DNA of 64,000 nucleotides from Candidatus Dadabacteria bacterium (GTDB lineage Bacteria; Desulfobacterota_D; UBA1144; Nemesobacterales; Nemesobacteraceae): NCBI GenBank assembly GCA_022819805.1, contig JAJEGO010000014.1, positions 6,521 to 70,520 of the forward strand, read 5' to 3'. Shown piece by piece: positions 63,000 to 64,000 of this stretch (position 1 is its first letter; each line of letters starts with the position of its first letter). The notes under the pieces were generated by a model. It saw only the letters and a program-made list of their open reading frames with translations, ran no database searches and was not told where the DNA came from. The position numbers and the translations under genes were made by a program.

Positions 63000-63118
63000 C
63001 GGATTGGGAGTTTGATTTTGATGTTTCCGGCGTAACGGTCTTTGCCGCGCTTGAAAAACACCCCGCAGGCATATAGGATAGATGTTCTGGAAAAATTTGG
63101 TTCAAGGAGACGTTAAGA

Positions 63119-63778
63119 ATGAAAATTTCACTTCTAGGTGGAACTGGAGACATAGCGGAGGGGCTGGTTCTGCGGTGGTCAAGAGCGGGGCATGAAATAT
63201 ACATAGGTTCGAGAAGCGAGGAGAAAGCGCTTGGCATAGCTGCGGGTCACGCGGAAACGCTCGAGGGGCTTGGAATCGAATCGAACATACACGGCATGGC
63301 GAATGCGGATGCCGCTGCGGCCTCCGAGATAATAATAATAAGCATTCCGCCTGAGTACGCTGCGGCCACTGTAGCGGGATGCGGGGACAGCATCACGGAT
63401 CAGATAGTGGTAACCCCGGTGGTTTCAATGAAAAGGGAAGGCAAGACTTTTCTCTTCGACCCTCCTTCTCAGGGCTCTTCGGCTCTTGAGATAAAGGATG
63501 CGCTTCCGGAGACCGCGAGACTCGTGTCGGCCTATCACAACCTTCCCGCAAATGAGCTTGCTAAGATAGATGAGGATCTTGATTACGACGTGGTCATATG
63601 CGGGGATGACGAGGGCGCAAAAGAAGTGGTCAAGAATCTTACCGAGGAAATGAAGAACCTCAGGGTGCTTGACGCGGGCCCGCTCGAGGTTTCCTCAATG
63701 ATAGAGTCGATGACGCCCCTTATCGTTAACCTCAACGTGAGGTACAAGCCCTCGCATTTTTCGGTCAAGTTCGTCTGA
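63119..63778 (+). CDS. NADP-dependent oxidoreductase, F420-dependent NADP reductase (Npd/FNO)-like Rossmann protein
   Basis: MKISLLGGTGDIAEGL dinucleotide-binding N-terminus. About 219 aa. Confidence 0.55.
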   Translation: MKISLLGGTGDIAEGLVLRWSRAGHEIYIGSRSEEKALGIAAGHAETLEGLGIESNIHGMANADAAAASEIIIISIPPEYAAATVAGCGDSITDQIVVTPVVSMKREGKTFLFDPPSQGSSALEIKDALPETARLVSAYHNLPANELAKIDEDLDYDVVICGDDEGAKEVVKNLTEEMKNLRVLDAGPLEVSSMIESMTPLIVNLNVRYKPSHFSVKFV

Positions 63779-63785
63779 GGCAGGG

Positions 63786-64000
63786 TCATTCTCCGATAAT
63801 CTGGACAATTACCCTTCTCGTTCTGGGGCGGTTGTCGAAATCAACGAGCACTATCTGCTGCCAAGTTCCAAGGAGCGGACTGCCTTCTGAGAACGGGACC
63901 GTAAGCGAGGGGCCGAGCACGGATGCCCTTACGTGGGAGTGGCCGTTTCCATCACCCCATCTGGCGTTATGCGCGTAGTGCATGGCCTCGGGCGCCATTC
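63786..64000 (-). CDS. YjbQ/UPF0047-family protein, 3' part only; the gene continues past the window end
   Basis: C-terminal pattern GSPLLGTWQQIVLVDFDNRPRTRRVIV. The family is about 135 aa, so the N-terminus lies beyond position 64000. Confidence 0.55.
   Translation of the reverse strand, partial: MAPEAMHYAHNARWGDGNGHSHVRASVLGPSLTVPFSEGSPLLGTWQQIVLVDFDNRPRTRRVIVQIIGE

Overview
This 64-kb window looks like chromosomal DNA from a GC-rich diderm (Gram-negative-type) bacterium. By eye GC is over 55% in most genes; the lineage cannot be identified from sequence alone. Most of it is densely packed, ordinary housekeeping genes: purH, aroA-cmk-rpsA-sppA, lipA, dnaB, glnD, nadB-nadC-nadA, lon, hisG-murA-prmC, maf-yggS-proC-yggT, ferritin, ggt and a MazG/Xaa-Pro peptidase pair. 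Several accessory or unusual features are mixed in. (1) A toxin-antitoxin-rich 5' end: VapBC, a DUF433/DUF5615 pair and a HigA-like orphan, with a lone TolC-like gene in the middle. (2) A tRNA-Gly(CCC) gene flanked by a roughly 0.9-kb AT-rich islet carrying two tiny genes. (3) A peptidoglycan-recycling cluster, murQ-anmK-nagZ, followed by a sodium:solute-symporter-family permease. Just upstream of anmK sits a chimeric anmK'-'nagZ remnant. (4) The standout feature is a 1475-aa predicted type-V autotransporter. Its passenger domain is built from eukaryote-like modules: one SRCR-like domain, three FN3 domains, two cadherin repeats and two copies of an unclassified module of about 100 aa. It is preceded by a near-consensus sigma70-type promoter and a long leader. 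(5) Tandemly duplicated outer-membrane beta-barrel genes whose junction carries a scar copied from the 3' end of the neighbouring apgM-type phosphoglycerate mutase gene. (6) A single-polypeptide AccA-AccD carboxyltransferase fusion with a perfect palindrome in its leader. (7) A second autotransporter of the GDSL-esterase (EstA-like) type. (8) Stand-alone NuoI-like and NuoE-like ferredoxin genes away from any nuo operon. No CRISPR array, rRNA, transposase or integrase was recognised. All calls come from manual reading of the six-frame translations and motif memory; no database search was possible.
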